DNA of 55,589 nt, from positions 1 through 55,589 of the forward strand of contig DAINPA010000002.1 of NCBI GenBank assembly GCA_036743675.1, in the 5' to 3' direction. Position numbers and translations under genes: made by a program. The notes below the pieces were generated by a model. The model saw only the letters and a list, made by a program, of their open reading frames with translations, was not told the origin of the DNA and did not search any database. Each line of letters begins with the position of its first letter. Position 1 is the stretch's first letter. This document shows positions 1 through 8,619 of this stretch, piece by piece. Source of the stretch: Steroidobacteraceae bacterium. GTDB lineage: Bacteria > Pseudomonadota > Gammaproteobacteria > Steroidobacterales > Steroidobacteraceae.

Positions 1-156
1 GAGACAATTACCGACCGCGCGACTTTTTCCGCGCCGAATCAGCTCTCGGTCGGCATGCAATGGGTGCTGGTGAACGGGGTACCCGTCGTCGCAGACGGCG
101 CGGCGACCAGCGCGCTGCCCGGTCGCGTGCTGCGCGGGCGCGGCTTCAAAAACTAG
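1..156 (+). CDS. C-terminal 51 codons of an amidohydrolase (D-aminoacylase-like); the 5' part lies outside the window
   Basis: Frame 1 is open from nt 1 to TAG 154-156. The tail ETITDRATFSAPNQLSVGMQWVLVNGVPVVADGAATSALPGRVLRGRGFKN resembles the conserved C-terminal segment of N-acyl-D-amino-acid deacylase-type amidohydrolases. It is absent from the ORF track because it has no start in the window. Confidence 0.4.
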   Translation, partial: ETITDRATFSAPNQLSVGMQWVLVNGVPVVADGAATSALPGRVLRGRGFKN

Positions 157-253
157 CATTCAAGGGATTTATGTGCGCTAGCTCACCCACGCAGAAGCGC
201 CGTGCGCCTATAATTTACAGGCTGTTGGGAGGGCGATTTTAGAATGAGGACAC

Positions 254-2044
254 ATGGAACCGACCGATACCGGGCACGCTGATTATTTCCATAAAGTGGT
301 TGACTGCCAGTGGGCCTGCCCGGCGCACACCGATGTCCCCGAATACATCCGGCTGATCGCTCAAGGCCGGTTCACCGACGCGTATATGGTGAATCGCGCG
401 TCCAACGTGTTTCCGGGCATTCTGGGCCGCGTCTGCGACCGCCCCTGCGAGCCCGCCTGCAGGCGCGGGCGGATCGAGAGCAAGCCGGTGGCCATATGCC
501 GGCTGAAGAGGGTCGCGGCCGATCACCGGGACGACATCAGCGCGCTGCTGCCGCGCGCCCCGGAGCAGAAGAACGGCAAACACGTCGCCTGCATCGGCGC
601 AGGGCCGGCATCGCTCACCGTGGCGAACGATCTGTTGCCGTTAGGGTACCAAGTGACAATTTTCGAGCAATTCGCCGTCGCCGGCGGATTGATGCGCACC
701 AATATCCCGGCCTTCCGCCTGCCGGCCCAGGTGCTCGATGAGGAAATCGGATACATCACCAATATGGGCACCGACCTGCGTCTGAACTCACCCGTCGGCA
801 GCATGAAGCAGCTGCTCGAATCCCGAGAATTCGACGCGGTGTTCGTCGGCACCGGCGCACCGAAAGGCAAGGAACTCGAGCTGCCCGGACGCCATGAAAG
901 CAAGCGTATTCACATCGGCATCGCCTGGCTCGAATCGGTCGCCTTCAAGCACATCGAGACCATCGGCGCGCGAGTGCTCATCATCGGCGTGGGCAACACG
1001 GCCATGGACTGCTGCCGCACCTCGATGCGCCTCGGCGCCAAGGACGTCAAAGTCATGGCGCGCAAGCCGCGCCAGTTCTTCAAGGCCTCGGCGTGGGAAC
1101 TCGAGGACGCCGAACAGGAGACCGTTCAGATCGTGGTCAATCGGGCGCCGAAGAGTTTCGTGGTCGAGAACTGCGAGCTCAAGGGGATGCTGTTCGAGCA
1201 CCTCGAATATGAACTGCGGGATGGGGAAATCACCGGGACCCGCGTACGCGGCGAAGAGTTTTACCCCTGCGACGACGTCATCCTCGCCATCGGTCAGGAA
1301 AACGCCTTCCCGTGGATCGAGCGCGACATCGGGATACAGTTCAGCCGCTGGGACCTCCCGGCGGTGGATAAACACACCTTTCAGTCGACCCGCCCCGAGG
1401 TGTTTTTCGGGGGCGATGCCGCGTTCGGTCCAAAAAACGTCATCTGGTCGGTGGAGCACGGCCACCAGGCCGCCATCTCGGTGCACAAGTACTGCATGGG
1501 CGAACCGGTTTCGGCCCGCATGCCGCGCGGGGTGACGCTGGAAAGCCGCAAGATGGGCATGCACGAATGGTCCTACAAGAACGAGTACAACGCCGCCGAG
1601 CGCCGCTTGGTGCCGCACGTCGGATTGATCGAGAGATTCAAGAAGATCAACGTGGAGGTCGAATTGGGGTTCACCGCCGAGCAGGCCGCGCTCGAGGTGC
1701 AGCGCTGCCTGAACTGCGATGTGCAAACGGTGTTTGCGGCGAAGTTGTGCATCGAGTGCGATGCCTGCATCGACATCTGTCCGGTCGACTGCCTCACCAT
1801 TGCGCCGAACGGCACGGACGCGGAACTGCGCTCGAGATTGAAGGCGCCGGCGCTGAATGTCGAGCAGGCTCTGTACGTGTCGAGCCCGCTGCCGCACACC
1901 GGGCGCGTCATGGTCAAGGACGAGGACGTCTGCGTGCATTGCGGCCTGTGCGCCGAGCGCTGCCCGACCGCCGCCTGGGACATGCAGAAATCCACGATTA
2001 AAATTCCTCTGGCCGAGGATGAGGGCAAGACATGCCGAAGCTAA
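254..2044 (+). CDS. GltD-like NAD(P)H-dependent FAD oxidoreductase fused to a 2x[4Fe-4S] ferredoxin domain (KorC-like partner of the downstream oxidoreductase)
   Basis: N-terminal Cys-rich GltD-type region (CQWACPAHTDVPEY...CDRPCEPAC). Two dinucleotide-binding motifs (VACIGAGPASL, VLIIGVGNTAMD). C-terminal CIECDACIDICP and CVHCGLCAERCP ferredoxin motifs. GAGGA lies 5 nt before ATG 254. The 3' end overlaps korA by 13 nt. Confidence 0.85.
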   Translation: MEPTDTGHADYFHKVVDCQWACPAHTDVPEYIRLIAQGRFTDAYMVNRASNVFPGILGRVCDRPCEPACRRGRIESKPVAICRLKRVAADHRDDISALLPRAPEQKNGKHVACIGAGPASLTVANDLLPLGYQVTIFEQFAVAGGLMRTNIPAFRLPAQVLDEEIGYITNMGTDLRLNSPVGSMKQLLESREFDAVFVGTGAPKGKELELPGRHESKRIHIGIAWLESVAFKHIETIGARVLIIGVGNTAMDCCRTSMRLGAKDVKVMARKPRQFFKASAWELEDAEQETVQIVVNRAPKSFVVENCELKGMLFEHLEYELRDGEITGTRVRGEEFYPCDDVILAIGQENAFPWIERDIGIQFSRWDLPAVDKHTFQSTRPEVFFGGDAAFGPKNVIWSVEHGHQAAISVHKYCMGEPVSARMPRGVTLESRKMGMHEWSYKNEYNAAERRLVPHVGLIERFKKINVEVELGFTAEQAALEVQRCLNCDVQTVFAAKLCIECDACIDICPVDCLTIAPNGTDAELRSRLKAPALNVEQALYVSSPLPHTGRVMVKDEDVCVHCGLCAERCPTAAWDMQKSTIKIPLAEDEGKTCRS

Positions 2045-3882
2045 CCGCCGCACCGGATCGAGTGAACGACTTCGTCGTCAAGTTCGCGAACGTCAATGGC
2101 ACGGGCTCCGCGAGCGCGAATTCGCTGATCATGAAGACCATTTTCCGCATGGGCGTGCCGGTGACCGGAAAGAATTACTTTCCATCGAACATCCAGGGTC
2201 TGCCGACCTGGTACGAAATTCGCGTGACCCGACAGGGCTATGCCGCACGCGCCGGCCGGGTCGACATCATGGTGGCGATGAATGCCGAGACGTACGCGAA
2301 AGACGTGCGTGAAGTCGTTTCGGGCGGCTACCTGATCTACGACGCGACCTGGCCCCGCAGTGCGCTATTGCAGCGGGGCGACATCACGGTCATCGGTGTG
2401 CCGTTGGCGAAAATGGTGAATGAAAACTTCGACGGCGTGCGCAATCGCATATTGCTGAAGAACATCGCCTATGCCGGCCTGCTGGCCGCACTGCTCAACC
2501 TCGACCTTGAAGTCATCGACGGTTTAATGCGTCAAAACTACGGCAAGAAGCCGAAGCTGCTCGATGCCAACACCAAGGCGCTGCGTCTGGGATTCGACTA
2601 CGCCAAGCAGCACCTCTCGTGCCCGCTGCCGCTGCGGGTGGAGCACATGGACAAGACGCGCGGACACATCATGATCGACGGCAACACCGCCGCGGGCTTG
2701 GGCTGCGTGTACGCGGGTGCGACCGTGGGGGCCTGGTATCCGATCACCCCGTCCACCTCGTTGATGGATGCGTTCAAGGGATTCTGCGAGCGCTATCGGG
2801 TTGATCCGGGCACCGGCGCGCGTAACTTCGCAGTGATCCAGGCCGAGGACGAATTGGCGGCAATCGGCATCGTGTTGGGTGCCGCCTGGAACGGCGCACG
2901 AGCCTTCACTCCGACCAGCGGGCCGGGAATCTCGCTGATGAACGAATTCGTGGGACTCGCGTACTACGCCGAAGTGCCTTGCGTGATTTTCGACGTGCAA
3001 CGGGTCGGTCCGTCCACCGGCATGCCGACGCGCACTCAGCAATCGGACATCATGCTGTGCGCCTACGCCTCGCACGGCGACACCCGGCACGTGCTGCTGT
3101 TTCCGGCGAATCCGGAGGAATGCTTCTACATGGCGGTGCAGGCCTTCGATTTGGCCGAACGCCTGCAGACACCGATCTTCGTCCTCTCCGATCTGGATAT
3201 CGGCATGAACGATTGGATGTGCCGCGATCTGAAATGGGACGATGCCTACCGGCCCGACCGCGGCAAGATGCTCTCGGCGGAGGAATTGGCCGGTCTCGAC
3301 AAATTCTATCGCTACGTGGATCGGGACGACGACGCGATTCCCTACCGCACTTTGCCCGGCGTGAATCCCAAGGGCGCCTACTTCACCCGCGGTTCGGGCC
3401 ATAACCAATACGGCGGCTATACGGAGGATTCGGCCGAGTATCAAGTGGTGCTCGATCGACTGAAGCGCAAGTTCGTCAATGCGGCCAACTACGTGCCGAA
3501 GGCCATATTGACCGGCAAGGGCGACAACCAGATCGGCATCGTGAGCGTCGGCAGCTGCGACGGCGCGGTGCGCGAGGCGATCGACGTGCTCGATCGCCAG
3601 AAGCTTCACCTCGATTACCTGCGGCTGCGGGCATTCCCGTTCGGCAGCGATGTGGAGAAATTCCTGAGCTCGCACAGCACGATTTTCGTGGTCGAGCAGA
3701 ATCGCGACGCGCAATTGCGCTCGCTCCTCACCCTCGAGACGGCGGTTGAGAAATCCAAACTCAAATCCATCTTGAGCTATAGCGGGTTTCCCATGTCCTG
3801 CGGACCCATCGTCGACGGCATTCGCGCGGCGCTCGCAGAGGAGCCGCGGTTGTCGGCGGTTACCACCAACAGTACCCGCTGA
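2032..3882 (+). CDS. korA: 2-oxoacid:acceptor (ferredoxin) oxidoreductase alpha subunit (fused gamma+alpha domains)
   Basis: 616 aa. The N-terminal FANVNGTGSASANSLIMKTIFRMGVPVTGKNYFPSNIQGLPTWYEIR is typical of the POR gamma-type domain. It is followed by the alpha core IDGNTAAGLGCVYAGATVGAWYPITPSTSL. Substrate (2-oxoglutarate or another 2-oxoacid) is not readable from the sequence. Confidence 0.9.
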   Translation: MPKLTAAPDRVNDFVVKFANVNGTGSASANSLIMKTIFRMGVPVTGKNYFPSNIQGLPTWYEIRVTRQGYAARAGRVDIMVAMNAETYAKDVREVVSGGYLIYDATWPRSALLQRGDITVIGVPLAKMVNENFDGVRNRILLKNIAYAGLLAALLNLDLEVIDGLMRQNYGKKPKLLDANTKALRLGFDYAKQHLSCPLPLRVEHMDKTRGHIMIDGNTAAGLGCVYAGATVGAWYPITPSTSLMDAFKGFCERYRVDPGTGARNFAVIQAEDELAAIGIVLGAAWNGARAFTPTSGPGISLMNEFVGLAYYAEVPCVIFDVQRVGPSTGMPTRTQQSDIMLCAYASHGDTRHVLLFPANPEECFYMAVQAFDLAERLQTPIFVLSDLDIGMNDWMCRDLKWDDAYRPDRGKMLSAEELAGLDKFYRYVDRDDDAIPYRTLPGVNPKGAYFTRGSGHNQYGGYTEDSAEYQVVLDRLKRKFVNAANYVPKAILTGKGDNQIGIVSVGSCDGAVREAIDVLDRQKLHLDYLRLRAFPFGSDVEKFLSSHSTIFVVEQNRDAQLRSLLTLETAVEKSKLKSILSYSGFPMSCGPIVDGIRAALAEEPRLSAVTTNSTR

Positions 3883-3902
3883 AGGGTATTGGCGAGAGCA
3901 CC

Positions 3903-4961
3903 ATGTCATTCATCAATAAGCCCAAGGTCGCACACCCTTCATTGCCCACCAACGCGCTCGGTCTGACGCGCCGCCAGTACGAAGGCGCCATGTCCACTCT
4001 GTGCGCCGGCTGCGGACACGATTCGATCACCGCCGCGATCATCGAAGCCTGCTGGGGACTCGATATGCGGCCCGAACAATTGGTCAAACTCTCCGGAATC
4101 GGCTGCTCCTCCAAGACCACCGCCTATTTCGTGAGCGGTGCGCACGGCTTCAATGCCGTCCACGGGCGCATGCCCTCGATCGCGAGCGGCGCGAACGCGG
4201 CCAATCGCGAACTGACCTACCTCGGCATTTCCGGAGACGGGGATTCCCTGTCGATCGGCTTGGGACAATTGGTGCACGTGATCCGCCGCAACGTGAACAT
4301 GCTTTATTTGATCGAGAACAACGGCGTGTACGGCCTCACCAAGGGTCAGTTCTCGGCCTCGGCGGATATTGGAACTCAGGCGAAGAAGGGCGACGTCAAC
4401 CAGACTCCGCCCATCGATCCGGTGCTGCTCGCGCTGTCGCTCGGCGCCACCTTCGTTGCGCGCGGTTTTTCCGGAGACAAGGCGCAGCTGGTGCCCTTGA
4501 TTCAAGCGGGACTCCGCCACAACGGATTCGCGCTCATCGATGTGCTCTCGCCCTGCGTCACTTTCAACGATCATGAGGGCTCCACCAAGAGCTACATCTT
4601 CACGCGCGAGCACTATCACGCGGTGATGGAGGCGGACTTCGTGCCTCCGGCGGCCGAGATCGCCGTCGATTATCCGGTCGGAGAGTCGATACCGGTGCAA
4701 CTGCACGACGGCAGCCGCGTCCTTCTGCGCAAGCTGGATGCCAGCTACGATCCGACCGATCGCAGCGCGGCCTATGCCTTCATCGAGGGCAAGCTCAAGC
4801 AAAAGGAATTCGTGACCGGATTGATCCATATCAATGAATCGAGCACCACCGAGTTTCACACGCTGAACAAATCGAGCGCGGTGCCCCTGAATCGCATCCC
4901 GTACGAAACGCTGTCCCCCGGCAGCGGCGAGCTCGACAAATTGATGGGCCGCTACCGCTGA
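3903..4961 (+). CDS. korB: 2-oxoacid:ferredoxin oxidoreductase beta subunit (TPP-binding)
   Basis: 352 aa. N-terminal CAGCGH cluster ligands and the TPP motif GISGDGDSLSIGLGQLVHVIRRNVNMLYLIENNGVYGLTKGQ. Lies 20 nt after korA. Confidence 0.9.
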   Translation: MSFINKPKVAHPSLPTNALGLTRRQYEGAMSTLCAGCGHDSITAAIIEACWGLDMRPEQLVKLSGIGCSSKTTAYFVSGAHGFNAVHGRMPSIASGANAANRELTYLGISGDGDSLSIGLGQLVHVIRRNVNMLYLIENNGVYGLTKGQFSASADIGTQAKKGDVNQTPPIDPVLLALSLGATFVARGFSGDKAQLVPLIQAGLRHNGFALIDVLSPCVTFNDHEGSTKSYIFTREHYHAVMEADFVPPAAEIAVDYPVGESIPVQLHDGSRVLLRKLDASYDPTDRSAAYAFIEGKLKQKEFVTGLIHINESSTTEFHTLNKSSAVPLNRIPYETLSPGSGELDKLMGRYR

Positions 4962-4968
4962 TGCCCGG

Positions 4969-5016
4969 GAGCCTGTCTGAGTATTCCGCGGCCACGGGGA
5001 ATACTCAGACAGGCTC
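4969..5016 (+). terminator. Perfect 19-bp stem / 10-nt loop hairpin directly after korB (candidate terminator or REP-like element; no U-tract)
   Basis: GAGCCTGTCTGAGTATTCC (4969-4987) pairs perfectly with GGAATACTCAGACAGGCTC (4998-5016). It starts 8 nt after the korB stop. The following sequence is not T-rich. Confidence 0.45.
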
Positions 5017-5099
5017 TGCTCCTAACGCGGCGCGCCCTCGGCCTGCCGCGTACCGTTGCGCTAAAGTGGGGTTTGCAACTTTTCCGGCCCAGCCGTGTT

Positions 5100-5693
5100 A
5101 TGGGTCTAAGCGACCACATTCAAGTGCAAATGCCACCCCCGGAGCCCGGCAGCTCGAACGAGTTCACGACCTTTATGCGTGCCTATCAGGATATGGTTTT
5201 CTCGACCGCGGCCCGATTGGCCGGGGACGATGCGCAGGCGGAGGATATTTCGCAGGCGGTGTTCCTCAAGGCCTTCGAAAACTTCGATCATCTGCGCGCG
5301 AGCCCCGCGGCGGGCGGTTGGCTCAAGACCGTTGCCACCAATCTCGCGCTCAATCACCTCACGCGCTACCGCAGGCGCTGGCGGCTGTTCTCCGAGATGA
5401 GGCCGGCAGGTGAAGACGATGGGTCGATGCAGGATGCGCCGGAGCCGGAACTGCCGCCATCGGACACGCTGCTCGCGGATCTTGGCGCCGAGCAACGGCG
5501 GGCGGCGATCGACGGTGCGCTGAAGCGCCTGCCCACGCATCAGCGGCTGCCGCTGGTGCTTTATCACTTCGAGGAAATGTCCTACGAGGAAATCGCGCTG
5601 CGCCTGCGCGTCTCTCTCGCCAAGGTCAAGACCGATATTCGGCGCGCCCGCGCCGCGCTGCTGCCGATGCTCCGGTCGCAGGGTGTCTCATGA
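5100..5693 (+). CDS. ECF-type RNA polymerase sigma-70 family factor
   Basis: Region 2 (FMRAYQDMVFSTAARLAGDDAQAEDISQAVFLKAF...WLKTVATNLALNHLTRYRRR) and region 4 (LPTHQRLPLVLYHFEEMSYEEIALRLRVSLAKVKTDIRRARAAL). The start is uncertain: TTG 5073, ATG 5100 or ATG 5130. The stop overlaps the next gene (ATGA at 5690-5693). Confidence 0.85.
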   Translation: MGLSDHIQVQMPPPEPGSSNEFTTFMRAYQDMVFSTAARLAGDDAQAEDISQAVFLKAFENFDHLRASPAAGGWLKTVATNLALNHLTRYRRRWRLFSEMRPAGEDDGSMQDAPEPELPPSDTLLADLGAEQRRAAIDGALKRLPTHQRLPLVLYHFEEMSYEEIALRLRVSLAKVKTDIRRARAALLPMLRSQGVS

Positions 5694-6178
5694 GGGAGCC
5701 TTACGAGGCGCAACGGGGATTGGAGCGTTTGCTCGACCGCTCCCTGCGCGAACTGCCGGTGCGCCGGGCGCCCGCCACCTTGGAGTCGCGTGTGCTCGCC
5801 GAGTTGGCGCGCCGCGCCGCGCTGCCGTGGTGGCGCCGCAGTTTCGCGCACTGGCCGCAGGCGACACGCGCCGTGTTCGTGTCGATGTGCGTGATCCTTG
5901 TGGGTCTGGCCTTCGCCGCAGGCGGCTGGGCCGCGTCGGGCTTGAGATCGCTGCATGCGGCCGGCGTGTGGCCGATGCCTTGGGCGCGCGAGGCGGTGGC
6001 GGTCATGGGGGTTGCGCAATGGCTGTCGGGGGAGCTCGCGCGTGCCATTCCGCCGGATTGGATCTATGGCGGCCTGGCTGCGGGCGCGCTGTTGTATACG
6101 GCGTTGTTCGGACTGGGCGTCGCCGCCTATCGCGCGCTGTATCTTGATCAGGAAATGGCATGTGAGCACAGATCATGA
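5690..6178 (+). CDS. Membrane protein translationally coupled to the ECF sigma factor (candidate non-zinc anti-sigma factor)
   Basis: 162 aa. ATGA overlaps at both ends (5690 and 6175). Soluble Arg-rich N-terminus, then hydrophobic segments (AVFVSMCVILVGLAFAAGGWAA; GGLAAGALLYTALFGLGVAAY). There is no HxxxCxxC (ZAS) motif and no Cys or His in the first 50 residues. The function is inferred from position only. Confidence 0.5.
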   Translation: MREPYEAQRGLERLLDRSLRELPVRRAPATLESRVLAELARRAALPWWRRSFAHWPQATRAVFVSMCVILVGLAFAAGGWAASGLRSLHAAGVWPMPWAREAVAVMGVAQWLSGELARAIPPDWIYGGLAAGALLYTALFGLGVAAYRALYLDQEMACEHRS

Positions 6179-7797
6179 ATACATTCCGTTTGCAACGACT
6201 CGCATTATGGCTCCTGGTGCTGCTGCCCGCTTGGGGTGCGATCGAGCGCGCGCAAGCCGCGCCACCATCCGACGACACGCCACCGAGCGCCGCCGCAGCG
6301 GCTGAGGACTCGCCGGCGCGCGATGCGTCTGTGGCTCTCGACTCGGACGAGCGGGCGGGCGGGGCACGGCTCGGCCGGCGTCACCGCCACGGCAACAGTG
6401 TGGTCAGCATTGGGTACGACTCCATTTTGCGCGCCGATGAGCATGCCGACTCCGTGGTATCGATCTTCGGCTCCTCGACCAGTGCGGGCGAAGCGGGGGA
6501 CGTGGTGTCAATCCTTGGCGATACCCGGGTCAGCGGACCGGTCAAAGACAGCGCGGTCGCGGTGTTGGGCGACACCTACGTCGACAGCCCGGTCGACGGC
6601 AGTGTGGTCGCCGTCGTGGGGAACGTCGAACTGGGGCCGCATGCCGACATCGGGGGCGATGTGGTCGCGGTCGGCGGCATCGTGAAGCGCGATGCGGCCT
6701 CGATCATTCACGGTGACGTCAACAGCATCGCCGGCGGCGCCGCCGGCGCGGCCTGGCTGCGGCCGTGGATCGATCATTGTTTGCTTTACGCAAGGCCGTT
6801 GGCTCTGGCCCCGGGGATTGGATGGGCCTGGGGCCTGGCGTTCGCCCTCTGGGCGCTGTACCTGGGCCTCGCACTGCTGTTTCGCGAGGCCATTACGGAA
6901 TGCGTGAACACCCTCGAGACACAACCCGGCACCACCGCGTTGGCTGCGCTGCTCACTCTGCTGCTGATACCCGTGCTGTTGGTGTTGTTGTGTATCACGG
7001 TGATCGGACTCGTCGCCGTGCCGTTTCTCGGGTTCGCATTGTTCTGCGCGGGGCTGTTCGGCAAGGCCGTCATGCTCGCGTGGTTGGGCCGTCGCTGTCT
7101 CGGCGGGAACCGCGAGGGCGCGCTCGGGCATCCCGCATTTGCGGTGCTCATCGGCGGTGCAATCGTATTGGCGCTGTACTGCGTGCCGGTGCTGGGCATC
7201 GTGGTCTACAAGCTGCTCGGTCTGCTCGGGTTGGGTGCGGTGGCCTACACGCTCGCACTTACCGTGCAGGCGCAGCGCGCATCGCAGGCGGACCCTGCGC
7301 GCTCCGCCGCAGCCCCGGCGCCGGAGGCGGCCAGTCCGGACGCCGCACATGTTTTTGCTGCGGCGGAGACAAGGGCCGGCGGAGCGGCGGCGGCTGCCGT
7401 GCCGGACATCACGGCGGCGCTGCCGCGCGCCGGATTTTGGGTTCGCATGCTGGCACTGCTGCTCGACGCATTGCTGGTCGGATTTCTGATGGGCGTGCTG
7501 CATCATGTGTTCAAGCTCGAACTGCTGGTGCTCGCCGCCTATGGAGCGGTCATGTGGAAAATGCGCGGCTCGACGATCGGCGGCATGGTATTCGACTTGC
7601 GGGTCGTACGCCTGGATGGGCGGCCCATAGATTGGGAGACCGCGATCGTGCGCGCGCTTGGCTGCTTTCTGTCTTTGGCGGTCGCGGGCCTCGGATTTTT
7701 CTGGATCGCCTTTGATCACGGAAAACAGGCGTGGCACGATAAGATAGCCGGCACGGCGGTGGTGCGCGTGGCGAAGAGCGCGCCGTTGCCGGGATGA
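6175..7797 (+). CDS. Large polytopic membrane protein: signal peptide + beta-helix-like repeat region + multi-TM block + C-terminal RDD domain
   Basis: 540 aa. Signal-like LALWLLVLLPAWGAIERAQA. Repeats of the type DSVVSIFG / DVVSILGDTRVSG / SAVAVLGDTYVDS / SVVAVVGNVELG / DVVAVGGIVKRD (bactofilin/polymer-forming-like pattern). Several hydrophobic helices (about aa 195-350). Ala/Pro linker. RDD-family tail (WVRMLALLLDALLVG...GMVFDLRVVRLDGRPIDWETAIVRALG...AWHDKIAGTAVV). Confidence 0.75.
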   Translation: MNTFRLQRLALWLLVLLPAWGAIERAQAAPPSDDTPPSAAAAAEDSPARDASVALDSDERAGGARLGRRHRHGNSVVSIGYDSILRADEHADSVVSIFGSSTSAGEAGDVVSILGDTRVSGPVKDSAVAVLGDTYVDSPVDGSVVAVVGNVELGPHADIGGDVVAVGGIVKRDAASIIHGDVNSIAGGAAGAAWLRPWIDHCLLYARPLALAPGIGWAWGLAFALWALYLGLALLFREAITECVNTLETQPGTTALAALLTLLLIPVLLVLLCITVIGLVAVPFLGFALFCAGLFGKAVMLAWLGRRCLGGNREGALGHPAFAVLIGGAIVLALYCVPVLGIVVYKLLGLLGLGAVAYTLALTVQAQRASQADPARSAAAPAPEAASPDAAHVFAAAETRAGGAAAAAVPDITAALPRAGFWVRMLALLLDALLVGFLMGVLHHVFKLELLVLAAYGAVMWKMRGSTIGGMVFDLRVVRLDGRPIDWETAIVRALGCFLSLAVAGLGFFWIAFDHGKQAWHDKIAGTAVVRVAKSAPLPG

Positions 7798-7875
7798 GCG
7801 CTGTGCCGGCATCCGGCGCCGCACCGATAGCCGCCCGGACCGGCTGTCTGCCGGCGCCTGGCCAGGGTGCAAAGG

Positions 7876-8604
7876 CTAGCTTTCGAAGAACCCCATTTTC
7901 ACGCCCGCGAGCTGCACCACGTCGTTATCGTTGAGCCGACGGGCCTGCGGACCGATGGGCACGCCGTTGACGAGCGGATAGTCGCCTTCCTTTTCGCTGT
8001 CGACGTGCACGATGAAGTAGCCTTCGGCGCGCCGCGTAATGGCGGCGACCTGAACGCCGGGCCTGCCGAGGGTGGTGAGCGCCTTGGTCAGTTCGAGTTC
8101 GCGGCCGGCGAACGCGCCGCTCAGCACTTGTAGTTTCGCCTTCGGGAGGGCGGTGGCGTTCTCCGGCACGCCGCCCCGGCCGGCAGGGCGCTTGGCCGCG
8201 ATGGCCTTGGCCGCCTGATCGACCGCAACGCCGACCCGCCGAATCCGCTCTTCGCCCTGCGAACTCGGCGTGATGACCATCGTCTTTTCGAATTCGTCCT
8301 GCTCGGCCTCGCCATCCTGGCTGTCGACGAAGCGCAGCTGGTGGTGTCCGACCGTGATGACATCGCCGTGCTGCATGGCGTGCTTCTTTATCAGCTTGCC
8401 ATTGACGTAGGTGCCGTTGGTGCTGTTCAAGTCCTCCAGGAAGGAGTCGTTGAGAATATTGATGATGAGCGAATGGTGTCCGCTCACCGCCGGATTATCG
8501 ATGCGAATATCGTTATCCGGAAGGCGTCCTATGGTGTAGCGCTCCTTGTTCATGTTGTATTCCGCGAGGACTTGACCATCCAAGCTGAGCATCAGGCGTG
8601 CCAT
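7876..8604 (-). CDS. FHA domain protein (canonical N-terminal FHA plus degenerate C-terminal FHA-like domain)
   Basis: N-terminal YTIGRLPDNDIRIDNPAVSGHHSLI...DLNSTNGTYVNGKLI...GDVITVGHHQLRF is a textbook FHA. The C-terminal TLGRPGVQVAAI...LVNGVPI...NDVVQLAGVKMGFF is FHA-like but lacks the S-x-x-H signature. Confidence 0.85.
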   Translation of the reverse strand: MARLMLSLDGQVLAEYNMNKERYTIGRLPDNDIRIDNPAVSGHHSLIINILNDSFLEDLNSTNGTYVNGKLIKKHAMQHGDVITVGHHQLRFVDSQDGEAEQDEFEKTMVITPSSQGEERIRRVGVAVDQAAKAIAAKRPAGRGGVPENATALPKAKLQVLSGAFAGRELELTKALTTLGRPGVQVAAITRRAEGYFIVHVDSEKEGDYPLVNGVPIGPQARRLNDNDVVQLAGVKMGFFES

Positions 8605-8619
8605 GCAGACTCCAATTTG

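Noticed and set aside
209-214. TATAAT hexamer 40 bp upstream of the korC-like gene as its -10 element.
   Set aside because: I could not find a convincing -35 at 16-18 bp spacing. A single hexamer match is not enough to call a promoter.
60-242. 60-aa Arg-rich ORF at the left edge (MGAGERGTRRRRRRGD...).
   Set aside because: It overlaps, in another frame, the clearly homologous C-terminal end of the amidohydrolase gene, and its composition is typical of an out-of-frame GC-rich artefact.
5074-5099. An ECF-type autoregulated promoter (GCAACTT ... CGTGTTA) just upstream of the sigma factor gene.
   Set aside because: The AAC-to-CGT spacing is about 14 nt, shorter than the usual 16-17 nt, and the element would lie inside the ORF if the TTG 5073 start is used. 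This is too weak to call.
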